64,000 bases of DNA from an uncultured Thiotrichales bacterium. GTDB lineage: Bacteria; Pseudomonadota; Gammaproteobacteria; UWMA-0217. Numbering within the stretch: position 1 is the first letter of the stretch; each line of letters begins with the position of its first letter. The notes beneath the pieces were generated by a model. That model did not search any database. It saw only the letters and a list, made by a program, of their open reading frames with translations, and was not told the origin of the DNA. The position numbers were made by a program, and so were the translations under genes. Positions 25,863 through 34,303 of the stretch are shown here, piece after piece. The stretch is taken from NCBI GenBank assembly GCA_964613895.1, contig CAZTJP010000001.1, positions 5,386-69,385 on the forward strand, written 5' to 3'.

Positions 25863-26588
25863 ATGTGCTTTTCCAGGTTCACGGGAAAACATGTGAATAT
25901 TGAATCAGTAGAAAATACCTATCGCCGTTACGCGCCTCAGTACGATCTTCTGTTTGGCGCTATTTTTCATCCGGGAAGGAAAGAAGTCATACGCCAAATG
26001 GATTGCCAACCGGGAGAACAGATTCTCGAGGTGGGTGTGGGTACGGGATTGTCGTTACCTTTGTACCCGAAAGGGACCACGATCACCGGCATCGATATCT
26101 CCAAGGAAATGCTGGATCGGGCCGAGCGTCGCGTTGCCAGAGATCAGCTCGACAACGTCACGCTGCACCATATGAATGCTCAGGAGATGACGTTTCCCGA
26201 CAATTCCTTCGACAAGGTCGTGGCCATGTATGTCGCTTCAGTGGTTCCTGATCCGGTAAAGCTGGTCAGTGAGATGCGGCGCGTCTGTAAGCCTGGCGGG
26301 CAGCTGATGTTCGTCAACCATTTCAAGAGCGAGCATCCGGTCATCCGGCGAATCGAAGAGTGGCTCGTGCCGCTGTCTGCCAAACTGGGTTTCGATCCGG
26401 GGTTTTCGCTGGCGCGTTTCCAGCAGGACTGTGATCTGGAGTTCGAACATAACCGGCGGGTCAATCTGTTTGGCTATTGGCGGATGTTGCAAACAACCAA
26501 TCATGTCGTCGCAGATGCCGAGCCAGTCAGTGCGATTGGCGTGGCCAGTGAGGTCGAGGAAGTTCCTCCCATCGCTGAAGCAAGTTAG
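25863..26588 (+). CDS. class I SAM-dependent methyltransferase (Methyltransf_11-like)
   Basis: Motif I ILEVGVGTGLS, acidic motif ITGIDISKEML, motif III CKPGGQLMF. Start uncertain; a GTG at 25893 (VNIESVE...) is an alternative. Confidence 0.75.
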   Translation: MCFSRFTGKHVNIESVENTYRRYAPQYDLLFGAIFHPGRKEVIRQMDCQPGEQILEVGVGTGLSLPLYPKGTTITGIDISKEMLDRAERRVARDQLDNVTLHHMNAQEMTFPDNSFDKVVAMYVASVVPDPVKLVSEMRRVCKPGGQLMFVNHFKSEHPVIRRIEEWLVPLSAKLGFDPGFSLARFQQDCDLEFEHNRRVNLFGYWRMLQTTNHVVADAEPVSAIGVASEVEEVPPIAEAS

Positions 26589-26610
26589 CGCTGCTGGCGC
26601 GACTTTTCTT

Positions 26611-27408
26611 TCAGGCGCCTTTATCCTTTTGGATGAAGGCGTATGCCGAGTGGTTGTGGATGGATTCGAAGTTTTCGGATTCCAGCGTGTAGGACGCAAT
26701 GCGATCATCGGCGTTGAGGCGCGCAGCGATATCCCTGACCAGGTCTTCGACGAACTTGGGGTTTTCATAAGCGCGTTCGGTCACGTACTTTTCGTCAGGG
26801 CGTTTCAGTAGTCCGTAAAGCTCGCTGGAACCTTCCTTTTCCACCATTTCGATGATTTCCTCGATCCATACGAATTCCGCCAGGCGGGCGCTGACGGTGA
26901 TATGGGAGCGCTGATTGTGTGCTCCATAGCGGGAGATTTTCTTGGAGCAGGGGCACAGGCTGGTAATGGGCACGACCACCTTCATGCTGATTTCCGGCTG
27001 GTTCTGGTGGATTTCGCCATGAAAGGTCACATCATAGTCCATCAGGCTCTGCACGCCGGAGACTGGAGCGGTTTTGTTGACGAAGAACGGAAACGTCATC
27101 TCGATATGGCCTGATTCGGCCTCCAGACGATCCGCTACTTCGTGCAGCATTTGCTTGAATGAGTCGATTGTGATTTCTCTTTCATGCTCATTGAGAATGG
27201 CCACGAAACGTGACATGTGCGTGCCTTTGAAATGATGGGGCAGGCTGACATACATGTTGAATTCGGCCACCGTATGCTGATCTTCCCCATCGCGGGCAGC
27301 GATCCTCACGGGATGACGGATGCCTTTGATGCCCACCTTGTCGATCGGGATTTCACGGCTGTCTGCGGCGCCCTGGACATCGGGCATGTCGTTGCTGGTT
27401 GATGACAT
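26611..27408 (-). CDS. folE2: GTP cyclohydrolase FolE2/MptA family (type IB)
   Basis: 265 aa; N-terminus [68 protein letters not shown] and internal CPCS, characteristic of COG1469 GTP cyclohydrolase IB. Confidence 0.85.
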   Translation of the reverse strand: MSSTSNDMPDVQGAADSREIPIDKVGIKGIRHPVRIAARDGEDQHTVAEFNMYVSLPHHFKGTHMSRFVAILNEHEREITIDSFKQMLHEVADRLEAESGHIEMTFPFFVNKTAPVSGVQSLMDYDVTFHGEIHQNQPEISMKVVVPITSLCPCSKKISRYGAHNQRSHITVSARLAEFVWIEEIIEMVEKEGSSELYGLLKRPDEKYVTERAYENPKFVEDLVRDIAARLNADDRIASYTLESENFESIHNHSAYAFIQKDKGA

Positions 27409-27435
27409 GGTAATTCTCGGTCTGGAGAATGTGCT

Positions 27436-27816
27436 TCAGTCGCGAGTATATCGGACGCGAGCGCGCTCAGTCTCCCACAGTGTGATGGCGCTGACTTTTA
27501 CGGTGTCGGAATCGAGTGCTTGTGACAGCTCCCCGAAAAACCAGGCAGCAATGTTCTCAGCGGTTGGGTTGATCTCGGTGAACGGTTCGATGTCGTTGAG
27601 ATAACGGTGATCCAGCCTGCCGGCGATTTCCCGGGTTGCCTGTTTGATCTTTTTGAAATCGATGGCCATCCCAGACTCATCGAGCTGGCTCGCTTCGACT
27701 TCTGCTTCCACTTTCCAATTGTGCCCGTGCATGCGGCTGCAAGCGCCGGGGTAGTTCCGCAGCGTATGTGCCGATGCGAAGTCGGTATGAATCGTAAGGG
27801 TATATTTTGCAGGCAT
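27436..27816 (-). CDS. queD: 6-carboxy-5,6,7,8-tetrahydropterin synthase / 6-pyruvoyl-tetrahydropterin synthase family
   Basis: 126 aa; MPAKYTLTIHTDFASAHTLRNYPGACSRMHGHNWKVEAEV with the Cx5HGH zinc/catalytic motif of QueD/PTPS. Confidence 0.85.
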   Translation of the reverse strand: MPAKYTLTIHTDFASAHTLRNYPGACSRMHGHNWKVEAEVEASQLDESGMAIDFKKIKQATREIAGRLDHRYLNDIEPFTEINPTAENIAAWFFGELSQALDSDTVKVSAITLWETERARVRYTRD

Positions 27817-27835
27817 TTTGAGGGTGACTTACGTG

Positions 27836-29734
27836 TCAGCGCGATGCTATCCGAGGCGCATCCCGATTGCAATTTTCCCCAGGGAAATGCGCGCGTGCCG
27901 CGGCGACGATCTGGTTGGCGTCCAGTCCAGCCTCGCTGAGCAATTCTTCACGTGAACCGTGTTCCTGGAAGCGGTCGGGCAGGCCCAGGTTGAGCACCGG
28001 AATGGTAATGCCGATGCGCTGCAGATATTCGTTGACAGCGCTGCCTGCCCCACCGGCGACAACCCCGTCTTCAACCGTGATGAACCCCTGGTGGGTCTCT
28101 GCCATACGGCGGATGAGCGCCTCATCCAGTGGTTTGACAAAGCGCATGTTGATAACCGAGGCATCCAGCGCTTCGGCTGCCTTGATACAGGGTTGCAGCA
28201 AGGTGCCAAATGACAGAATGGCTAAGCATTGGCCTTTTCGAACCTGCGCCGCCTTGCCTACAGGAAGGCCGGTCAGGTCGTTGCCGGGTTCCACGCCCGT
28301 ACCGGCGCCACGTGGGTATCGTACAGCCGCTGGCGTATCCATCTGGAAGCCGGTCGACAGCATGCGGCGGCATTCCCGCTCGTCGGCGGGCGCCATAATG
28401 GTCAGGTTCGGTATGCAGCGTAGAAATGCCAGATCGAATGCGCCGGCGTGTGTCGGTCCATCGGGACCCACTACACCGGCACGGTCGATGGCAAACAAAA
28501 CGGGCAGGTTCTGAATGGCAACATCGTGAATCAGTTGATCGTAGCCGCGCTGCAGGAAGGTCGAATAAATCGCCACCACCGGTTTCATACCCTCGCAAGC
28601 CATTCCGGCCGCCAGCGTCACGGCATGTTGTTCGGCAATGGCGACATCGAAATACCGGTCGGGGAACCGCTCTGAAAAAGCAACCAGTCCCGAGCCTTCG
28701 CGCATGGCGGGCGTGATCCCCAGCAAGCGCGGGTCGGCACTTGCCTGGTCACAGAGCCAGTCACTGAACACATCGGTATAGGTTTTGGCGGACTGTGACG
28801 ATGGCGGCAGCCCTTTGCCGGGGTCGAAACGTCCCACGCCATGATAACGAACCGGTTCATTTTCTGCATGATCATAGCCTTTTCCCTTGCGGGTGACGGC
28901 ATGCAGCAGTACCGGTCCACGCATGTCACGCACATTGCGCAACGTTTTGATGAGCGTGTGCAAGTCGTGTCCATCGACCGGGCCGATATAGTTGAAACCC
29001 AGTTCCTCGAACAGGGTGCCGGGAGTCACCATGCCCTTCACATGTTCTTCCGCCTTGCGAGCCAGTTGCTCGACCGGTGGAAGGTGACGCAGGAACCGTT
29101 TGCCCTCTTCCCGCATCGTGGTATAGAGGTGGGATGACAGCACCCGGCTCATGTAATTGGAAAGACCCCCCACATTGGGGGAGATGGACATGTCATTGTC
29201 GTTGAGGATGACCAGCAGATCCTCCCCGATGTCCCCGGCATGATTGAGTGCCTCGAACGCCATGCCAGCCGTCATTGCGCCATCGCCAATGACCGCGACA
29301 ATCTTGCGGGGATTGCCTTGAAGACGGCTCGCAATCGCCATACCCAGTGCGGCGCTGATCGAAGTGCTCGAATGACCGACGCCAAAATCGTCATACTCGC
29401 TTTCGCTGCGCTTGGGAAAACCCGCCAGGCCGCCTTGCTGACGGATGGTATGCATCCGCTCACGCCGCCCGGTCAGCACCTTGTGGGGATAGCATTGATG
29501 GCCGACATCCCAGATCAGGCGGTCTGAAGGGGTGTTGAAGACATAATGCAACGCAATCGTCAGTTCCGTGACACCGAGCCCCGACGCCAGGTGCCCCCCG
29601 GTCTGAGAGACGGACTCCAGAATGAACTGCCTCAACTCGTCCGCCAGCCGCTGCAACTGACTTTCGGGCAGTTGGCGAAGCTCGTCCGGTGAAGAAATAC
29701 GTTCTAGAAGCGGGTAGTTCAAGGTTGCGGCCAT
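27836..29734 (-). CDS. dxs: 1-deoxy-D-xylulose-5-phosphate synthase
   Basis: Start placed at [91 protein letters not shown]..., which aligns with Dxs N-termini; the ORF-track start at 29944 adds 70 non-conserved residues. TPP-binding GDG and transketolase domains present. Confidence 0.9.
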   Translation of the reverse strand: MAATLNYPLLERISSPDELRQLPESQLQRLADELRQFILESVSQTGGHLASGLGVTELTIALHYVFNTPSDRLIWDVGHQCYPHKVLTGRRERMHTIRQQGGLAGFPKRSESEYDDFGVGHSSTSISAALGMAIASRLQGNPRKIVAVIGDGAMTAGMAFEALNHAGDIGEDLLVILNDNDMSISPNVGGLSNYMSRVLSSHLYTTMREEGKRFLRHLPPVEQLARKAEEHVKGMVTPGTLFEELGFNYIGPVDGHDLHTLIKTLRNVRDMRGPVLLHAVTRKGKGYDHAENEPVRYHGVGRFDPGKGLPPSSQSAKTYTDVFSDWLCDQASADPRLLGITPAMREGSGLVAFSERFPDRYFDVAIAEQHAVTLAAGMACEGMKPVVAIYSTFLQRGYDQLIHDVAIQNLPVLFAIDRAGVVGPDGPTHAGAFDLAFLRCIPNLTIMAPADERECRRMLSTGFQMDTPAAVRYPRGAGTGVEPGNDLTGLPVGKAAQVRKGQCLAILSFGTLLQPCIKAAEALDASVINMRFVKPLDEALIRRMAETHQGFITVEDGVVAGGAGSAVNEYLQRIGITIPVLNLGLPDRFQEHGSREELLSEAGLDANQIVAAARAHFPGENCNRDAPRIASR

Positions 29735-29960
29735 ATTGCAGGAAGCCCGTAGTATCGGACGCCCGGGGTGTGAATACAAGTTGTCCGGCAGAGGCAAGGC
29801 TGTGATACAGGTTTTGCGCTGACCGCAACGTCTTGAACCCAGCTCTCGTCCTAGTGTACGCCCAGCAACCAGCGACAGACTGACATGGTTGAATGGCTGC
29901 ATCCGGCAATCGCACACATCCAACCGAGAGGCGCCGGCAGTCAATCATGGAGGATAGACA

Positions 29961-30494
29961 ATGAACCCGAATGCTTCAGTGAGGACAAAGAGGATCGCTG
30001 TCAGAAGCGCATGGCTGGCAGCCCTACTGCTCACGGAAAGCCTGTTCGCGGCAGACAGTGGGGTGACGCCCCCTAGCGTCCCGACGTTGACGCTCCCCGA
30101 GCGCTTTGGCCAGGCATTGGAACAGGCCGCCGCAGCAGGTACTGCCGTCGATATATCCAGCGCGTTGACCGGAGTGAATGGTTTGGCCAGCGGTTCGATC
30201 AATCACGTACAAGGCGATGTCAGCCTCTCGAACACCCCTCAAGCCCTGCAACAGGATCAGCTCACCCAGGTTATCGCCAGCAGCCAGATGAGCGCCAGCG
30301 TCGTCAACAATTCGACCACCATCGGCGTGGCGGATAGCGGCTACCGTGCAACCAATACGCTCGGCGCCGCATTCGCCAGCCACCAAGGGGCAGTCACGGT
30401 CAGCCAGTCCGCAGGCATCTCCAACACGATATCCCAGGCCATCACCTTTCAGGTTGGGCTAGACCTCAACGCGCCCTCACCCTCGGCTCAGTGA
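29961..30494 (+). CDS. secreted hypothetical protein, Ala/Ser/Thr/Gly-rich, with N-terminal signal peptide
   Basis: GGAGGA 6 nt upstream of the ATG; MNPNASVRTKRIAVRSAWLAALLLTESLFA|ADSG signal-peptide-like N-terminus; mature part low-complexity (SSALTGVNGLASGS..., SQSAGISNTISQAITFQ); no recognisable domain. Confidence 0.6.
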   Translation: MNPNASVRTKRIAVRSAWLAALLLTESLFAADSGVTPPSVPTLTLPERFGQALEQAAAAGTAVDISSALTGVNGLASGSINHVQGDVSLSNTPQALQQDQLTQVIASSQMSASVVNNSTTIGVADSGYRATNTLGAAFASHQGAVTVSQSAGISNTISQAITFQVGLDLNAPSPSAQ

Positions 30495-30675
30495 CAAAGT
30501 AGCTGTCATACCGTTCTTAGAAGTGGGTGGTATTTACATCCTGCCACACAGAAGCCTGGTTTTCGGGAGATTTTGGTCAGCAACGAGTATATACTTGTCG
30601 GCCGCGATGTTGCCTCGTTGATAGAACGCGTTCCTGTGTTTGGATTTTGACGAAAACCCACCCATACGGTAAAGG

Positions 30676-31500
30676 ATGACTTCGACAACGAAAACGACGT
30701 TTTTCGCGCTGGTTCGAGATCTGTTCGAATACCGCCAGCTACTGACCCAGATGATCCGCCGAGAGATTATCGGGCGTTATCGGGGGTCAGTGCTCGGGCT
30801 GGCCTGGTCCTTTTTCAATCCCTTGCTGATGTTACTGGTCTACACCTTCGTTTTTTCGGTGGTGTTCAAGGCGCGCTGGGGATTGCCCGAGGATCAGGGG
30901 AAGGTCAGTTATGCGACGATCCTGTTCACAGGAATGATCGTGCATGGGCTGTTTGCCGAGTGTATCAATCGAGCACCAGGACTGGTTTTGGCAAACCCAA
31001 GTTATGTCAAGAAGGTGGTATTCCCCCTGCAAATATTGCCGTGGGTCAGCATGGGGGCCGCGTTCTTCCATGCAATGGTCAGTGTGCTGATCCTTGTTAT
31101 CGCTATTTTGTTTCTCAACGGATCGTTATCGATCACAGTCATCTTTTTGCCACTGGTCCTTTTTCCGCTCATTGTCGCAACCATGGGAGTAAGCTGGTTT
31201 CTGGCATCGACCGGTGTGTATTTGCGTGATATTGGCCAAACGGTTGGATTACTGACAACAATACTGTTGTTTCTTTCTCCAGTATTCTTTCCTGTGTCAG
31301 CGTTGCCGCCCAGATTCCAGACCATCATGATGTTGAACCCGCTGACATTTATCATTGAGCAGTCACGGAATGTCCTGCTTTGGGGTAAGGGCCCTGACTG
31401 GATCGGGCTGTTCGTCTACACACTATTGAGTGCTGGGGTCGCTTGGGCGGGATACTACTGGTTCCAGAAGACGCGCAAGGGTTTTGCTGATGTCTTGTGA
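30676..31500 (+). CDS. wzm: ABC-2 type polysaccharide export permease (Wzm/KpsM-like)
   Basis: 274 aa, 6 predicted TM; N-terminal amphipathic helix REIIGRYRGSVLGLAWSFFNPLLMLLVYTFVFSVVFK typical of Wzm/TagG. Confidence 0.85.
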   Translation: MTSTTKTTFFALVRDLFEYRQLLTQMIRREIIGRYRGSVLGLAWSFFNPLLMLLVYTFVFSVVFKARWGLPEDQGKVSYATILFTGMIVHGLFAECINRAPGLVLANPSYVKKVVFPLQILPWVSMGAAFFHAMVSVLILVIAILFLNGSLSITVIFLPLVLFPLIVATMGVSWFLASTGVYLRDIGQTVGLLTTILLFLSPVFFPVSALPPRFQTIMMLNPLTFIIEQSRNVLLWGKGPDWIGLFVYTLLSAGVAWAGYYWFQKTRKGFADVL

Positions 31501-32818
31501 GACCGACATGGCGGTCAAGGTGAACCATGTCGGCAAAACCTACCAGCTCTACCACACACCAAAAGACCGGATCAAGCAGATGCTGTTGCCCCGGTTGCAA
31601 CGCCGGCTGGGGCGAGAGGCCCGCCAGTACTACACGCAGCATCACGCGCTACGCGATGTCAGTTTCTCGCTGCAAAAAGGGGAAACATTGGGTGTAATTG
31701 GACGAAATGGCGCGGGCAAGTCAACCTTGCTGCAAATCATCAGTGGAACCTTGCAGCCAACTTCGGGCGAGGTTATCGTCAATGGCAGGATCGCTGCATT
31801 GCTCGAGTTGGGCGCGGGTTTCAATGCCGAATTCAGCGGACGTGAGAACATCTTTCTTTATGGAGCGATCCTCGGGCTGGAAGGAAATGAAATCGAAGCA
31901 CGCTATGATGAAATCGTCGAATTTGCGGCTATAGGTGATTTTATAGAACAGCCGGTGAAAACCTATTCCAGCGGTATGTTTGTACGACTGGCCTTTGCAG
32001 TCGCGGCCTGCCTGGAGCCGGATATCCTGATCGTCGATGAAGCCTTGGCGGTTGGAGATGTCAAGTTTCAGGCCAAATGTTTTCGACGGTTTGAAGAGCT
32101 GATCTCCCGAGGTGTAACGATCCTGTTCGTCACTCATTCCACGGAACAGATCGTGCGCCATTGTGACCGGGCCATTCTCTTGCATGACGGTACGGTGGTA
32201 CACGATGGTGATCCCAGAGAAGTCTCCAATCGCTATATGGATCTGATGTTTGGAGTCGAAGCACCGGACCTTGCACATGATACGGAGACTACCAATGGGA
32301 TCGAAGCGAGCAATTCACCTGAAGCAGTACTGCTTGGGCGATTCGAAGAAAGGCCAGGGTATAACCCTTCGGAGTACCGTTGGGGCGATCGGTTGGCTTC
32401 GATTCGCGATTTTCATATATCGCAAGATGGGTCAGCGCATACGGTATTACTCGAATCCGGCAAGCCAGTCATCGTCCGGGCCAAAGTCGATTTTTCAAAG
32501 ACCGTGGAGGATCCGATATTCGGCCTTGCCATCAAGACACCTGATGGTGTGATGGTTTATGCATCCAACTCTCGAGATCAGAAGAGTGGACCACTCAAAC
32601 GTTTGGTCAAGGCTGGTGAATCTCTCATCATCAAATATACATTCGACAACCGACTGGTGGCGGGTGACTACCTCCTTTCGCTCGGAGTAGCACGAGATGA
32701 GGGGGGGCAGATTGTGCCAATGGATCGTCGCTTCGATTCCATTCATGTCGAAGTCAGTAATCCAGACCGAATGGGAGGACTGGCAGATTTCGAATTGAGA
32801 GTATGCCTAGAGTGTTGA
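31490..32818 (+). CDS. wzt: polysaccharide ABC exporter ATP-binding protein with C-terminal carbohydrate-binding domain (Wzt-like, copy 1)
   Basis: ATG overlapping the wzm stop (ATGTCTTGTGA). Walker A GRNGAGKST, signature YSSGMFVRLAFA, Walker B ILIVDEALAVGD, H-loop VTHS. A ~200-aa C-terminal extension with beta-rich character follows (…VLLESGKPVIVRAKVDFSK…YLLSLGVARDEG…). Confidence 0.85.
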   Translation: MSCETDMAVKVNHVGKTYQLYHTPKDRIKQMLLPRLQRRLGREARQYYTQHHALRDVSFSLQKGETLGVIGRNGAGKSTLLQIISGTLQPTSGEVIVNGRIAALLELGAGFNAEFSGRENIFLYGAILGLEGNEIEARYDEIVEFAAIGDFIEQPVKTYSSGMFVRLAFAVAACLEPDILIVDEALAVGDVKFQAKCFRRFEELISRGVTILFVTHSTEQIVRHCDRAILLHDGTVVHDGDPREVSNRYMDLMFGVEAPDLAHDTETTNGIEASNSPEAVLLGRFEERPGYNPSEYRWGDRLASIRDFHISQDGSAHTVLLESGKPVIVRAKVDFSKTVEDPIFGLAIKTPDGVMVYASNSRDQKSGPLKRLVKAGESLIIKYTFDNRLVAGDYLLSLGVARDEGGQIVPMDRRFDSIHVEVSNPDRMGGLADFELRVCLEC

Positions 32819-32974
32819 CGATGAAAACATTTGATGACAAGTGCTCGTCTATTTGGATAGATGTCACTTTCTGCTCGCGTTGGGCTGCAGTGGAATATGG
32901 CTGTTCGTGTTCATGGTGGAGGCATTCAGAGACTGTATGGATGGGTAGGGTTTGTTCTGAAAAAAACGAGGGGG

Positions 32975-34303
32975 ATGGGCGTGTCCTCTGATGTCGCTAT
33001 CGAGGTGTCTCGACTGAGCAAGTCCTATCAAATTTATAATCGACCTGGTGATCGTTTCAAGCAGATGGTGCTTCCACGGATTCGCCGTTTGTTTTCCAGG
33101 AAAGCGAAAAACTATTTTACCGAATTTCAGGCACTGAAGGACATTTCGTTTTGTGTCGAGCGAGGAGAAGCAGTCGGCATTCTGGGGCGTAACGGTAGTG
33201 GGAAGTCGACCTTGCTGCAGATTATTGCAGGTACATTGTCGCCGACCTCAGGGAACGTAGTTGCTAATGGTAGACTGACAGCCTTGCTCGAGCTTGGCTC
33301 GGGGTTCAACCCAGAGTTCTCAGGAAGGGAAAACGTTTATATGAACGGTGTCATTCTTGGTTTGACCAAAGAGGAGATCGATCAGAAATTTGAGGAAATC
33401 GTTGATTTCGCTGATATTGGTGAACATATCGATCAGCCTGTCAAGACATACTCGAGCGGAATGGTAGTGAGGCTGGCATTTGCTGTTCAGGCTTGTGTTG
33501 ATCCACAGATTCTCATTGTTGATGAAGCATTGTCGGTCGGTGATGAGAAATTTCAGAGAAAATGCTTTGACTACATCGAACGATTACGTCGTGATGGTTG
33601 CTCCATATTGCTGGTCACCCATTCGACTGCCACGGTAGAAAAGTTCTGTCAAAGAGGCGTGCTACTGCATCATGGTGAAGTTCGGGCTATTGGTTCAGCA
33701 AAAGATGTGGTGGATCAATATCACGCCTTGCTTTACGCAGATGAGCGGGCTGCCATGGATGCGTTGGAGCGGAGCCATGTAAGTGGTGGGGACAACCCGT
33801 TGGTTAATCCAAAAACAAGTAGAGAGGCAGTGGGTAGAAAACCAAATCCGTCGGATTTGAGGAAGGCAGCTTCCATTGAATATTGGGAGGTGCTGGATGA
33901 GGACGGTAACGGTTGTGCAGCTTTCCAGGCCGGAGATCAGGTGATACTACGGATGATGGTGAGGCTTTTTTGCGATATTCCTGAGCTGCAAGCGGGCTTT
34001 CTGTTACGTACGATCGAGGGTGTATCGGTGTTTGGTACCAGCACCCTATACCGGGATCGAAATATTAAGGATGTTCATGCGGGTGAGAAATATCGATTCG
34101 ATTTCAAGGTTCAACTGAATCTGTCTCCTGGAAGTTATTTTGTGACGTTTGCAGTGGCTCAGGCCATATCAGAGGCAGATATGAGATACCTGGACCGGAA
34201 AGCGGATGCTTTGATCATAAAAGTTACACAGATCCGGGTTGAAGGTACAGGAATTTGTGTGTTGCCAACATCAATTAGTGTGCATCGAGAGAGTCAGGCG
34301 TGA
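32975..34303 (+). CDS. wzt: polysaccharide ABC exporter ATP-binding protein with distinct C-terminal carbohydrate-binding domain (Wzt-like, copy 2)
   Basis: NBD ~65% identical by eye to copy 1 (GRNGSGKSTLLQIIAGTLSPTSG, YSSGMVVRLAFAV, ILIVDEALSVGDEKFQRKC), but the C-terminal ~190 aa are unrelated to those of copy 1. Start at ATG 32975 (GAGGGGG just upstream) or GTG 32981. Confidence 0.85.
   Translation: MGVSSDVAIEVSRLSKSYQIYNRPGDRFKQMVLPRIRRLFSRKAKNYFTEFQALKDISFCVERGEAVGILGRNGSGKSTLLQIIAGTLSPTSGNVVANGRLTALLELGSGFNPEFSGRENVYMNGVILGLTKEEIDQKFEEIVDFADIGEHIDQPVKTYSSGMVVRLAFAVQACVDPQILIVDEALSVGDEKFQRKCFDYIERLRRDGCSILLVTHSTATVEKFCQRGVLLHHGEVRAIGSAKDVVDQYHALLYADERAAMDALERSHVSGGDNPLVNPKTSREAVGRKPNPSDLRKAASIEYWEVLDEDGNGCAAFQAGDQVILRMMVRLFCDIPELQAGFLLRTIEGVSVFGTSTLYRDRNIKDVHAGEKYRFDFKVQLNLSPGSYFVTFAVAQAISEADMRYLDRKADALIIKVTQIRVEGTGICVLPTSISVHRESQA

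Noticed and set aside
29460-29948. N-terminal 70-codon extension of the dxs ORF, and the overlapping 162-aa ORF
   Set aside because: Dxs homology begins at [10 protein letters not shown] (29734). The upstream residues are non-conserved and would place the start inside the divergent promoter region.
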